Below, one piece after another: positions 7,792 through 18,500 of a DNA stretch of 64,000 nt (its first letter is position 1; every line of letters starts with the position of its first letter). The notes under the pieces are model-generated. The model saw only the letters and a list, made by a program, of their open reading frames with translations, was not told where the DNA came from and did no database searches. Position numbers and translations under genes: made by a program. This stretch comes from Roseofilum casamattae BLCC-M143. GTDB lineage: Bacteria > Cyanobacteriota > Cyanobacteriia > Cyanobacteriales > Desertifilaceae. The stretch lies in NCBI RefSeq assembly GCF_030068455.1, contig NZ_JAQOSQ010000020.1, positions 1 to 64,000 of the forward strand. Reading direction: 5' to 3'.

Positions 7792-9715
7792 AAAAGCGAT
7801 AAAACTGATAACTATCCGCAAACGGCATATCTTGAGAAACTGGATAAATAATATGGCGATCGCACAACCATTGCCCGAAGCGCACCGCTGCTTTCGCATC
7901 GATCTGGCGACGGAGCATCCACCAGTCCACCGCCTCCGCTGCTACGAACGTATTGGGATAGAGATTACCACGATACCATCGATCCTTAATTTCCACACCC
8001 TCCGGCGATCGCATCCCCTCCAGCACCTCGTGCAACTCCTTGTTGCTCGGCGGGATAAAGCGATCCTCGGGTATTATTTCCTCGGGTTCTTTTGGCTCTT
8101 GTCCGCGATCGTTTATCCCAAGAGACTCGAACTTCTCCAATAGATCGTCCCAATGAGACGATCGCAGATGCACGTCTTGTTGCGGAAAGGGAATTTCAAC
8201 TTCGCGATCGCGCAACGCCTTCTCCAGCGCAAAATACAGATCGCTCCGCAAGCGAAACTGCCGTCGCGGTTCGCTCAGCCACACCAACAACTCAAAATTG
8301 AGAGAACTATCGCCAAACCCTTTAAACATCACATTTGGAGGAGGTTCCACCAACACTTCCGGATGAGCATCCGCCACATTCAGTAAAATCGATCGCACCT
8401 CCTGGGGATCGCAAGAATAAGCGACACCCACCGGTACGTGCAACTGAGACACCGGGTTGCCATGACTCCAGTTAATCGCTTCCGTCTCCAAAAAACGAGA
8501 ATTGGGCACGATAATCGACACCCCATCTAAGGTTAAAATCTGGGTACTGCGCGCGCCGACATTTTCCACCGTTCCCATCAAGTCGGCAACTTCCACAAAA
8601 TCGCCAACTTGCACGTGGCGTTCAAACATCATAATCAATCCGCTGATTAAATTATTCGCAATATTTTGCAAGCCAAAACCAATCCCAACCCCCAACACGC
8701 TTCCGATAATGGTTAGGGAGCCAACATCGAGTCCCCATACCTGCAAGATAATCAGTACCCCGAGAAACATGAGTAGGGATTGCACGATTGTGCCGATCGC
8801 ATCTTGCACGGCGCGATCGGTACGGGTAACGGCGAGGATGCGTTGGCGGAAAAAGACAGTGAAATTGCGCACCCCCGTCCACAATCCAATGGTTAATCCA
8901 ATCAGAAATAAGACATCTAAGAGAGAATAGCTATTTTGATTCAGACTAAAAATCGGCCCCGTAAAACTTCTAATGACCAGAGAAAAGCTCCAATAGCGCC
9001 ATCGTCGCAGGAAGGGAAACAAGTTGGTTGCATAGTAGGCGGCGCCGTACCATAAGGCAACAAACAAAAGCAAACGGCAGCTGGTAATTAAACGATGAGT
9101 GGTGGCTTGGGACAACTGGAAACGCCCGATGGCCAGGGCATGTTGTCCGGGAGTCATTTTAGACATCAGACGATACTCTCCCCACTGAGTCAGTCGAGCG
9201 ATCGCCAATTGCAGAGTAAATACCAGAGCCATTGTGCACAATGCGATGAGGGATGCCCGGCGCAGGTAGCTCAATTGACGCTCGGTCTTGGCTTGTTCCA
9301 TGGCCTGCACCATGAGCTGAGCATAGCGCCGTGCTTGGTCTTCCGGGGTGATGGTTCCGCCTCCATCGCGCAACGTGACCGTCAATACATAATTCCCATC
9401 AATACTTACAGCGACCTGTTCTACATCGGTTTCCAGGGAATATTGCGGACGAACCCGTTTAGAATTGAGATACTTGCGCAAGACATTATCCAAGGTTTGG
9501 TTAATGGCTTCAGCGCGCTCGGGTGCGGGAAAATCTGCCAGACCTCCGATGGCAAAGAGGTTCCGCCCGTCAATTTGTACGGTGGCTTGGGCTTGAGTTG
9601 GGGCTAATGGCGATCTGCCCCAACTGGGAATGGCGATCGCGGTTAAGCTGAATGCGAGTAGCGCGATCGCGATCCATCGCTGCCATCTAAATTTTCTGTT
9701 CCTAACTATTATCAT
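7748..9715 (-). CDS. mechanosensitive ion channel, MscS family, with a large N-terminal periplasmic/TM extension
   Basis: MscS signature region ...NNLISGLIMMFERHVQVGDFVEVADLMGTVENVGARSTQILTLDGVSIIVPNS..., preceded by multiple TM helices. Confidence 0.8.
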   Translation of the reverse strand: MIIVRNRKFRWQRWIAIALLAFSLTAIAIPSWGRSPLAPTQAQATVQIDGRNLFAIGGLADFPAPERAEAINQTLDNVLRKYLNSKRVRPQYSLETDVEQVAVSIDGNYVLTVTLRDGGGTITPEDQARRYAQLMVQAMEQAKTERQLSYLRRASLIALCTMALVFTLQLAIARLTQWGEYRLMSKMTPGQHALAIGRFQLSQATTHRLITSCRLLLFVALWYGAAYYATNLFPFLRRWRYWSFSLVIRSFTGPIFSLNQNSYSLLDVLFLIGLTIGLWTGVRNFTVFFRQRILAVTRTDRAVQDAIGTIVQSLLMFLGVLIILQVWGLDVGSLTIIGSVLGVGIGFGLQNIANNLISGLIMMFERHVQVGDFVEVADLMGTVENVGARSTQILTLDGVSIIVPNSRFLETEAINWSHGNPVSQLHVPVGVAYSCDPQEVRSILLNVADAHPEVLVEPPPNVMFKGFGDSSLNFELLVWLSEPRRQFRLRSDLYFALEKALRDREVEIPFPQQDVHLRSSHWDDLLEKFESLGINDRGQEPKEPEEIIPEDRFIPPSNKELHEVLEGMRSPEGVEIKDRWYRGNLYPNTFVAAEAVDWWMLRRQIDAKAAVRFGQWLCDRHIIYPVSQDMPFADSYQFYRFYENEAESGMGGNDR

Positions 9716-10892
9716 TATTTTTAATATCCTCGCGCTCCGATGCTGGCGTATTTTGTTTGAACCGTTCTTTTGCTCCTTGAAAGGCTTCGCGCATAACCGC
9801 TTGAATTTTTTCGGGATCGGGTTTTTTCCCTCCCATTAAATCGCCAAAATAGACGCAAGCCCCTTCTCCGAGAGCAAAAGTATAAGCAGCAGCCCAAGAT
9901 GCAGCGATCGCGCTACCAAATCCCGGAATAAATTTTACCAATTCTCGGCCGACAGCTTGCGCCAAAAATCCACCAGCGATGGCACTGGCGACTCCTCCGG
10001 CTTGCGAAGGACTTAAGGTTTGGCCGTAGAGTTTTCCTAATAAACCCACCATAGAAACTTGCAGTACCGTTAAAACGGGCATGGTGGCAAAAGGAAGAGG
10101 AACGGCAGCAGCAGTTGCCGCCATAATTGAGAATGCCGTAATGTAGCGTCGTCCTACGTCTCGATATAAGTTGCCTAATTCTTGCGTTACTTCTCCATCG
10201 AGGAGCTGATGCATGGCACGAGATTCGGCTTCCGGGAGCAATTCGGCTAGGGTTTCGCGCAGCTCTTCCAAGCCATAGAAGACGGGAGTATAGCCATCTT
10301 CTTCTAGGGTAAAGTCGATGGGGACGGCGCGATCGCATAATGTTCCTAACTCGTCTTGAATGCGATCGCGCGATCGTTGCAATTCCGGGAATTCCGGAGG
10401 ATAAGCGGGATGGTTCTCCTCTCCTGCTGGATAGGCTTCGTGTAAGCAAGTGATGGCAAGCAAGCAGGGGACTTGCGGATATTGTTGGCGCAGAGAGGCG
10501 ACCACTTGTTGCAGGGTATCGGTAGCAAAGTCATTAATTTTTACCGTCAGAACCAGCACTCGAGCGCGAGTGGTTTCGGTTTCCAGATCTTGGGCGAGTT
10601 CGGCAATAATATCCTCGGTTTCTCGTTCGATGTCTCCGAGTCCGACGGTATCGGTAAAAATCAGCAGTGGTAAGTCTTCGGACGGATAGGCATACCGTTC
10701 CGTATGTTGGGTATGGGGACGAAATCCTTGCCCGATAATTTCGGCGGAAACTCCGGTTAACCCTCGCACGATAGAGCTTTTACCGGTTTGCGGTTTGCCA
10801 ATGAGTAGGGCTTCGGTTGTCGGCAGTTGGGAACGAACGCGATCGAGAATTTCAGCGATTTTATCTTCGCTAACGCGGAACCACTTGAGCAT
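9702..10892 (-). CDS. GTP-binding protein with an N-terminal P-loop GTPase domain and a C-terminal DUF697-like membrane-associated domain
   Basis: Walker A GKPQTGKSS, then a C-terminal glycine/alanine-rich amphipathic region (...VASAIAGGFLAQAVGRELVKFIPGFGSAIAASWAAAYTFALG...). Overlaps the MscS gene by 14 bp. The ATG at 10892 is preferred over the upstream GTG at 10907. Confidence 0.6.
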   Translation of the reverse strand: MLKWFRVSEDKIAEILDRVRSQLPTTEALLIGKPQTGKSSIVRGLTGVSAEIIGQGFRPHTQHTERYAYPSEDLPLLIFTDTVGLGDIERETEDIIAELAQDLETETTRARVLVLTVKINDFATDTLQQVVASLRQQYPQVPCLLAITCLHEAYPAGEENHPAYPPEFPELQRSRDRIQDELGTLCDRAVPIDFTLEEDGYTPVFYGLEELRETLAELLPEAESRAMHQLLDGEVTQELGNLYRDVGRRYITAFSIMAATAAAVPLPFATMPVLTVLQVSMVGLLGKLYGQTLSPSQAGGVASAIAGGFLAQAVGRELVKFIPGFGSAIAASWAAAYTFALGEGACVYFGDLMGGKKPDPEKIQAVMREAFQGAKERFKQNTPASEREDIKNNDNS

Positions 10893-11063
10893 GGATATTG
10901 TTGGCACGAGCGATCTAGTTTATCTTAAGCCTAAGTTGCCGCAGCGCGCGCATCAAAGATATTCGGCCCGGATTCCCGTACCTTTTGCTTATTCTTATGT
11001 TTGAGCTAAAATTTTCGCCAATGCATTCTTAAATGAAATGCTCAATACGTTCGTTGCGATCGC

Positions 11064-11378
11064 CTAACGCTGTAAGTCCCGTCTCGCGATCGGCAATGAC
11101 TGAGAATCTTGCACTTTCTCTTTAAAAGCTTTCCCTGCCATAAATACTGGAACAACGATACCCGGAATCGTCATAATTTCTCCCGTTTTCGGATTTCGCC
11201 CGTGTCGCTGCGGATCGCCCTCTGGTTTAAATGTGCCAAACCCGACTAGGGTGACTCTTTCTCCCGCACTAACCGCATCTACAATCGCCGCTAACGTATT
11301 ATTCACAACATCGCTGGCATGTTTTTTACTGCAGCCCGAGCGCAATGCCACTTCATCAATTAATTTGCTTTTGTTCAT
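11064..11378 (-). CDS. hup: HU-family DNA-binding protein
   Basis: MNKSKLIDEVA...VTLVGFGTFKPEGDPQRHGRNPKTGEIMTIPG matches the HU/IHF fold signature. There is a slightly extended C-terminus. Confidence 0.85.
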   Translation of the reverse strand: MNKSKLIDEVALRSGCSKKHASDVVNNTLAAIVDAVSAGERVTLVGFGTFKPEGDPQRHGRNPKTGEIMTIPGIVVPVFMAGKAFKEKVQDSQSLPIARRDLQR

Positions 11379-11510
11379 AATCGATCGCCTGAAAGATCCG
11401 AATTAATTATACTCTTAATGAAGAATCCCTCTCCCGTGGGAGAGAGATTTTCCGCAAGCAGACACGAAGGCGAGATTCGGATCGCAGTTGCTCGAGCCAA
11501 ACCTCGAGTA

Positions 11511-12266
11511 CTATCTCGGAGTCATCGCCGTACTCAACGGGACTTGAAAGAGAACAGTTTTCCATTCTCCACTTTCGTAATAGTCAATTTTGAACTCTCC
11601 TTGAAATACGCTCAGTCCTTCGGGGAGTTGAATCGTATCGTTAGTGCCATAAACCAAGCAATGTTCTGGGTTAGGCGTACTAGTTGGAGAATCGAAGTTA
11701 TTCAAGTTCGATCGCAATACATCTTGCCTTAATTGATTATATTCTTCCTCAGAAATCAGTTGGCGATTGTGCAGGCTTTGGTAGTATTGCAACTGAGCCT
11801 CTAAACGACTCGAATTAACCTGAGATGAGTCTTTTGTACAGGAGTTAGGCTTAAACACAATATTCCTCACATTATGATCCCACCATTTTTGTCTCTGAGT
11901 CAACCAGTTTTTCGTTCGAGTTGTATGCAGAATACGAACGCGATCGCCATTAATTTCCAGGCGAATCCAATCAGCTCCTTTACTTCCGATAAATCCTAAA
12001 ACATTCCACACTAAAACTGAACCGACTGAAATTCCTGCATCTTCTAGCTTGAATTTCATCACGCCACGGTGTTCGTAAAAGTTATTGGCGACGACATCGG
12101 GATTCTGGACAACTGGATTGGCAAAACTAGGTTTTCCAGTCCCATAGCTGACTGGAGTTAACAAGGCGATCGCTAGATATGCACCCGTCACAAAAGGATT
12201 TAGGCTTTTTCGGATAAACATTGTCTCTTCTGGGTTTAGTTGTTCAACAGTAATCCAAGCAAGCAT
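11511..12266 (-). CDS. hypothetical protein with a probable N-terminal signal peptide
   Basis: 251-aa ORF. A hydrophobic N-terminal segment (MFIRKSLNPFVTGAYLAIALLTPVSYG) suggests export. An alternative start lies at 12221. Confidence 0.5.
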   Translation of the reverse strand: MLAWITVEQLNPEETMFIRKSLNPFVTGAYLAIALLTPVSYGTGKPSFANPVVQNPDVVANNFYEHRGVMKFKLEDAGISVGSVLVWNVLGFIGSKGADWIRLEINGDRVRILHTTRTKNWLTQRQKWWDHNVRNIVFKPNSCTKDSSQVNSSRLEAQLQYYQSLHNRQLISEEEYNQLRQDVLRSNLNNFDSPTSTPNPEHCLVYGTNDTIQLPEGLSVFQGEFKIDYYESGEWKTVLFQVPLSTAMTPR

Positions 12267-12273
12267 AATTTGA

Positions 12274-12301
12274 GGGCGATCGCATCCAGATGCGATCGCC
12301 C
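12274..12301. repeat. 28-bp near-perfect palindrome built from two inverted HIP1 copies (12-bp stem, 4-nt loop)
   Basis: gggcgatcgcat-ccag-atgcgatcgccc. It lies 8 bp upstream of the ATG at 12266 of the 11511-12266 gene. Confidence 0.6.
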
Positions 12302-12560
12302 TATTCTCCTGCTATTGCCTGAGAATTATACACCTATGCTAGTCACTATGTTAATAAAATATAGAATATTCGTTGCTCGATTGGGCGTACAGCACTCTCA
12401 TTTGCGATCTTTCAATGTCATGCCTTGACTGAGTTTTAGTATTGGGCTTCGATTTTATCCTTCTTCTATCACTCTCCGGAAAGCTAAAGTTTTTCGGAAT
12501 CGTAGAGTGTAGGCAAGACAGGCGATCTCGCCATTTTTTCTGAGTAGTCATTCCCAAGGG

Positions 12561-13733
12561 TTATGCTCGAATCTCAGTGACAGCTCGAGTTAAATATTCT
12601 AACGTTTTCGCAACTGTCCCAGTGGCTAACAGTTCTCGTGCATACTCGAAGCTGGTTTCGAGACGATCGCAATATCCGCACCGCCAGAGATAGAATCCTC
12701 CATTCCAGATTGCTGAATTGAGCAGAGGAGTGGGTTGGTTGTGGATAACATTATGTAAATGAGCGATCGCATCTTGACCCGAAGTAAACGGAACATCTTT
12801 TCCTTCAATCCCATAGTCTCGGTGGTGCAAAAACAGTCGTTCTAATGTCATCTCTGTTGGGGAGAGCGTTTGCCAATTAGCAGTACTGAAGCTGATAATA
12901 GCCGTACGGGATAGAGGCAAATCTCCGCTACCTTCGAGTCCTTTAATCGCCGTTAGTTGACGGACATTGCGTAACATTAAGGCTTCTTGAAAGAGCTTTT
13001 CTGTGGGGGGATGGACGTAACCGGTGAGGAGATGAAACGGCCCGCTATAAGGCGACCAAATTAATTCGGCAGTGGCTAATGGCGGACGTTTGCCAATTTG
13101 CTCGCGAAAGGGAACGAGTTGGTGAGCCAAGGGAAAATGTTGAGGCAGATAAATAAACCCAATACCTGTCTGGTGAAAAACCTGTTGAGTTTGCTCGAGG
13201 GAAAGGGGTTCCCAATTTACTCCCAATCCTTGCCACAGTTCAATTAGGGGAATGCCGTATTTCGTTGGCATGGTTGTCCCACCGTGCAGGATAACCGGAC
13301 AGCCTGCGGTGGCGAGAATGAGTGCGGTAATAATATTAACCGGAACAAATCGCGATCGCCCGTCGTAAGGAATGCCCAAAACCACTGCCACTTCTCCGTC
13401 TTGGCGAGGATGGAGCTGGGGGCCCATCCGCTCGTAAGTATCGAGTATGCCCGCCAATTCAATGCCAGTCGGCCGGCGTATTCGATGGGCGATCGCAAAA
13501 GCTCCGATCTGTGCTGGCGTTGCCTCTTGAACCAGCATCATCCGAGTGGCTTCGGCCATTTCCTCGCGAGTTAGATATTTTCCGGTGTGAGGGCCGCTGC
13601 CGACTTTTTTTAACAGCTCTCGAAAGGCATCACTCATTAGGGTTGAGAAGGTTAGAGTCTTGGGGAACGTATAAATATTGTAGTGAAGTTCAGTCAGTCT
13701 GATTCTGTTTCGCTCCACTTCTTTTAAAATCAA
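12561..13733 (-). CDS. anthranilate phosphoribosyltransferase family protein (TrpD2/YbiB-like, glycosyl transferase family 3 fold)
   Basis: The N-terminal helical domain (...LTREEMAEATRMMLVQEATPAQIGAFAIAHRIR...) and the glycine-rich core (...ILATAGCPVILHGG...) resemble TrpD-family proteins. The likely start is Met33 (13637). Confidence 0.5.
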   Translation of the reverse strand: MILKEVERNRIRLTELHYNIYTFPKTLTFSTLMSDAFRELLKKVGSGPHTGKYLTREEMAEATRMMLVQEATPAQIGAFAIAHRIRRPTGIELAGILDTYERMGPQLHPRQDGEVAVVLGIPYDGRSRFVPVNIITALILATAGCPVILHGGTTMPTKYGIPLIELWQGLGVNWEPLSLEQTQQVFHQTGIGFIYLPQHFPLAHQLVPFREQIGKRPPLATAELIWSPYSGPFHLLTGYVHPPTEKLFQEALMLRNVRQLTAIKGLEGSGDLPLSRTAIISFSTANWQTLSPTEMTLERLFLHHRDYGIEGKDVPFTSGQDAIAHLHNVIHNQPTPLLNSAIWNGGFYLWRCGYCDRLETSFEYARELLATGTVAKTLEYLTRAVTEIRA

Positions 13734-13766
13734 TATGTTGGAGAAACCCGGTTTCTCGCCTCATAT

Positions 13767-15398
13767 TTAACGATCGCCATAGTTGAAAAAGACATCCGCT
13801 TGTCGTTCGCCGGAACTGTTGCCGTAACTGGCAATGGTTAGGGTTTGTAAGGGGTCAACCAAGGGTTTAGCTGCCAATTCTACGAGGCGCAACAAGGGAA
13901 TTTGACGTTTTAGGGGTTCGCGAGCCGATCGCCAATTCAGGAAGACATAGCCATCGTTCTCGAGACCGAGGGGAGCAATACTCTCTTGGAATAAGGGGTC
14001 GTTGGCTAAGGAATTTTCTGCCGTACCATTCAAGATCTTATCCATGGCCGCAATAGACGAGGCAATAACTTCATAGCCATCGATCGCCCCATGCACTCCT
14101 CGGACTTTTGCTTCCAATAATTGGCTGGCGCCATTTTCCGACGGAGTCCCTAACTTCGTCCACGCTCCCAAGATCTTCTCCTGTAAGGCAAACGATCCGG
14201 TACTGTATCCTTGTTCGCTGGCGATCGCATCCAACCGCGCAATCAACCCCGGTTCGTCTTCATTGCGATCGACCATAACAACCCAATCAAAATTATCCTT
14301 ATCTTCAGACGGCAATAAGGCGATCGCGTATTCTCCAGTCATTTGGTTCAAAATTTCCCCTTGCACGTCCAACCCCAACGTTTTTCCCAAACTCAATAAC
14401 GGTTGGTTCGGTAACTGAGAAACGCGATCGTATCCTGTGGTTTCTGCTTCGAGTCTTTGCGATAACTCCCCTAAGTTAGAGCCGCTGACCGCTAAATAAC
14501 TGGATGCGGGAAGATAGTTTAAGAGGGGGACGCCTTCGGTAAATTTTGGCTCTTGCGGAGTTAACTGTTCCGAATCCACCGTAAACCATGCCGTTTTCGC
14601 TAAAATTCCGGTGGGAGGAGTTAAGATCTCAACGCCCAACTCCTTATATACGGGATAATTAGCATCAATCCCCAATCGTTCGGCTAACTTGGGTAGATCG
14701 ATGGAAATAATTGCCGCATCTTCCTCGCTCAAGCGTTCTCGCACCTGTTTGTATTCTGCCGTTCCCGCCAAACTTAACCCCGGAGCTTGCACGGTATTGA
14801 TAGCATCGCGCAGCACTTTCGGAGAATTGGAAATGAGGACAAACTTGGAGCCAACGACAGCGGTTGAAAGTCCTTCCACATCGCGAGCATAAACCAGTTG
14901 CACTCCGCCATAGGGTTCGACGACTAGCTCGGAACCGGCGATCGCTTCTCGTTCCCAATACACTTGCAGCAGTTCTTGGGATAATTGCGCGTCAGTCGTC
15001 GGCAATACGAGTAAATATCCCGGTTGTTTGGCATTGTCTCGATCGCGATCGAGATCGGGACTCGTCAGCGCAAACGTCGCATTTCCGGCAAACCACGGCT
15101 GGATATCTTCAGCATAATTTAATCCGGTCTTTGCCTCCAAAATCCGAGGCAGGGTTTTCGCCGTAAGTTTATTCTTGCCAATCTTGGGTAAATCTCGGAC
15201 AATTTGTTCTGGAGTTGCCAGCAACGAGATAGCCAGAGGTGCTTGTTTCGAGACAAACATGGCGGCGGAGGTATCGAGCGATCGCGCAGAAGGGAGAGAG
15301 CGACTGCATCCGGTTAAGCAGAACGCCAGCACGCACAAGGCGATCGCGAGTACTCGTAATCCAGGTTTCCCCCAAGGGGCGATCGCATTTTGATTCAT
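13767..15398 (-). CDS. hypothetical lipoprotein (large secreted protein of the cyanobacterial DUF3352 type)
   Basis: Signal peptide with a lipobox (LAFCLTGCSRS). 543 aa from the ATG at 15398, which has a GAGGG Shine-Dalgarno sequence. The track's TTG start is at 15413. Confidence 0.55.
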   Translation of the reverse strand: MNQNAIAPWGKPGLRVLAIALCVLAFCLTGCSRSLPSARSLDTSAAMFVSKQAPLAISLLATPEQIVRDLPKIGKNKLTAKTLPRILEAKTGLNYAEDIQPWFAGNATFALTSPDLDRDRDNAKQPGYLLVLPTTDAQLSQELLQVYWEREAIAGSELVVEPYGGVQLVYARDVEGLSTAVVGSKFVLISNSPKVLRDAINTVQAPGLSLAGTAEYKQVRERLSEEDAAIISIDLPKLAERLGIDANYPVYKELGVEILTPPTGILAKTAWFTVDSEQLTPQEPKFTEGVPLLNYLPASSYLAVSGSNLGELSQRLEAETTGYDRVSQLPNQPLLSLGKTLGLDVQGEILNQMTGEYAIALLPSEDKDNFDWVVMVDRNEDEPGLIARLDAIASEQGYSTGSFALQEKILGAWTKLGTPSENGASQLLEAKVRGVHGAIDGYEVIASSIAAMDKILNGTAENSLANDPLFQESIAPLGLENDGYVFLNWRSAREPLKRQIPLLRLVELAAKPLVDPLQTLTIASYGNSSGERQADVFFNYGDR

Positions 15399-15586
15399 CA
15401 CTCTAACCCTCAAACATCACCGGATCGATACCAGATCTAGGATATGGGAAGATCGACAGAACAGTCACCTCTAATCGCACAAACGTTCGCCGAAAAAATC
15501 GAATATTCTGCTACAGTGTTGCTAAACTAAGCCAATTCTCAATGCTTCTGGCTGAATGTGGTTGGAGCGAACAAATTTAAATTTGC

Positions 15587-18500
15587 ATGAAGAGATCCCC
15601 GAACCCCCTAGTCCAAATGGTGAAGCCTTCCCTCAAAGCCTTGCTGCAGCGCTCTGGGGAGCCAGAGGTGAATCCAACCGGAGACCTCCAGGGATTTTTA
15701 GAGAGTCCGAATGCGATCGAGCGCAATGTGAGTGGCGTGTTGCGCATTGCCGGTTGGCTCTTCCATCAAAAGAGCGCGATCGCCAGTCTTATTCTGATTC
15801 AAGGTAATGGCGCAGCAGAAATTATGACTTATGGGGAACTGCGTCCGGATGTAGCCGAAGCCTTTCCCGACGTTCCCCATGCGGAAAAAAGTGGCTTTGG
15901 TTGGAATTTACCCATCGAACCGAATTTTTCCGGTCAAATTTCAATTAAAATTGTTGCTCGTTTAGAGAATTCTGGCAATAACGGCCACTCATCAACCTTA
16001 ACCTGTTTTACTCGCCAGATTACGATTCAAAATGTCTACGAGCGTCCGCCGAAGGTGAAACTTTCCCAGAGAATTTCTGGGTTTATGACCAAGTTGATTC
16101 TGGCGTATAAACAACGAGGAAGTATTCCGCTCTCGCCTCTAGTTTGGGTCAGATTTATTAAACGCTATTACGACCAAACGAAAACCGAACCCTTCACTGC
16201 CTATTCGGGCACGATTCACCCCTGGCAACAGCAAGATCCATACCAGCGCTGGTTGGAAACGAATCGCCTCACTTCTAAGTTGCGCCAACTCATGGAAGAT
16301 TCGGCGGCGCAACTGGCAGAAACTGGAGTAAAAATCAGCGTCGTTGTCCCGATCTACAATCCTCCAAAAGAGTTCTTGCAGGAAACGATCGCATCGGTGC
16401 GATCGCAGATTTATCCGAATTGGGAATTATGTTTGGCTGATGATGCTTCTACCGAACCTTATGTGAAAGAAATTTTGGAAGCGGCGCAAGCAGCGGACTC
16501 GCGAATTAAGGTAGTATTTCGCTCGGAAAACGGTCATATTGTCAAGGCGACAAATTCTGCATTAGAGGTAGCGACGGGGGAGTTTATTGCGCTGCTCGAT
16601 CACGACGATTTATTATCTCCCGATGCACTTTTACACGTCGCCGAATGTATTGCTAAATATCCGGAGACGGACTGGGTGTATACCGATGAAGATAAGGTAA
16701 CTCCTACGGGAGAACGCTATGGCTATCAGATGAAAGGTGTCTGGAGTCCGGAAATGGCGATCGCCCATAATTATACCCATCATTTAGCGATTATTCGCAA
16801 AACATTAGTCGATGAAGTTAAAGAATTGAGACCGGGTTTAGAAGGCGCGCAAGACATCGATTTGTATCTGAGAGTTCGCGAAAAAACTACAGTGGATCGC
16901 GTCCGCCACATTCCAAAAGTCTGCTATCACTGGCGCGTCCATGCCCAAAGTACGGCATCGAAAGGAACGCAAAAAACTTACGTGTTTGATAGCGCCTATC
17001 GAGCAATTTCTGATGCTCTGGAACGCCGAAATTTAAGAGCAAAACCTTTCTTAACCGAATTGGGAGAAAAGTACGGATTATGCTTGCATCAGTTGCAGTG
17101 GGATAGCTCGATCTTAGCCGAAAATCCAGTAACAATTGTCATTCCAAACCGCGATCGCATTGAAATGCTAGCGCAATGCATTACCAGTTTAGAGAAAACT
17201 GTAGACTCGCGCTATGTCAGCGTGATTATCGTTGATGATGATTCCACTGAAGCTGAAACCGAGCAGTTTTGGCAACATCTAGAAAACCCAAGTTCGGTAC
17301 ATCAATTCACCTCTTTACTACCCGAAAAACTGCAACTCAGCTATCGCGTCATTCGGACAAAACGCCCCGATCCCAGTTTAAGCGGACGGGAAGGATTTAA
17401 CTATTCGCGATTAGTCAATTTGGGAGCAGAGCAGGTTAAAACTCCGTTAATGTTGCAACTCAATAATGATATTACAGCTATTTCCCCCGGTTGGTTAGAA
17501 GACATGGTTGGATGGCTGTCCATTGAAGGTGTTGGCGTCGTCGGCGCGCGCTTACTCTATCCCGACAATACCTTACAACATGCGGGCGTTTGTGTCGGTA
17601 CTAATGGTGGATTAGCCGGTCATTTATTCCACGGTGTTTCTAAAGACGAGATCGGTTATATCTTCTATCCCCACATTACGCGCAATGTCTCGGCCGTCAC
17701 TGGCGCCTGTTTGCTAACCCCCACGGAACTTTACCGCGAAGTTAATGGATTTGACCAAGAAAAATTAGGATTAGAATTAAATGATGTTGACTATTGTTTG
17801 CGCGTGGGAAGTACTGGAAAACGAATTGTTTATACTCCACAAGCGACATTAATTCATCAAGGCAGTGCCTCTCGGGGAGATTATTACAATCCCAAGGAAC
17901 ATTTAAACTTCATGGCCAAGTATCCTGAAATTTGCGATCGCTACATTAATCCCAGCATTAATATTGATTCAATGGTGATGGATTTAGATCCGCTTCACTA
18001 TATCCACACCGATCGCATTTCCGGAATAAAAATTCTCTTAGTCACCCACAATTTAGCCCTAGAAGGCGCACCATTAATGGCGTATCATTTCGCCAAACAT
18101 TTTGTCGAATCTGGTGAATGTCAAGTTAGCGTCGTCTCTCTCGTAGACGGCCCCCTGCGCAAGGACTACGAAGCCTTAAATATTTCGGTGAAACTGATTG
18201 AAGATAACTTGCAACGGGTGGATGGTAATTTAGCCGCATATCGCGATCGCTTGCAAGCCGTTGGCGAACTCTTAAAGATTACTAATTTCGATCTAATTTT
18301 ATCCAACACTATGGTTGGGTTTTGGGGAGTCGAACTCGCGCAATTATTCAATCTTCCCAGTATTTGGAATATCCACGAAAGTTGCCCTATCGATCGCAGT
18401 TTGCGCAACTTCTTTGGAGACTCGCCTCCCCAAGCCATGCGTCAAGTTTTGGAACGCTGCTTTCAAAATGCATCGCGAGTTATTTTTGTGGCGGATGCAA

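Noticed and set aside
9913-10689. Several 60-180-aa ORFs inside or antisense to the GTPase gene
   Set aside because: They are off-frame or antisense and Arg-rich. The GTPase frame has Walker motifs.
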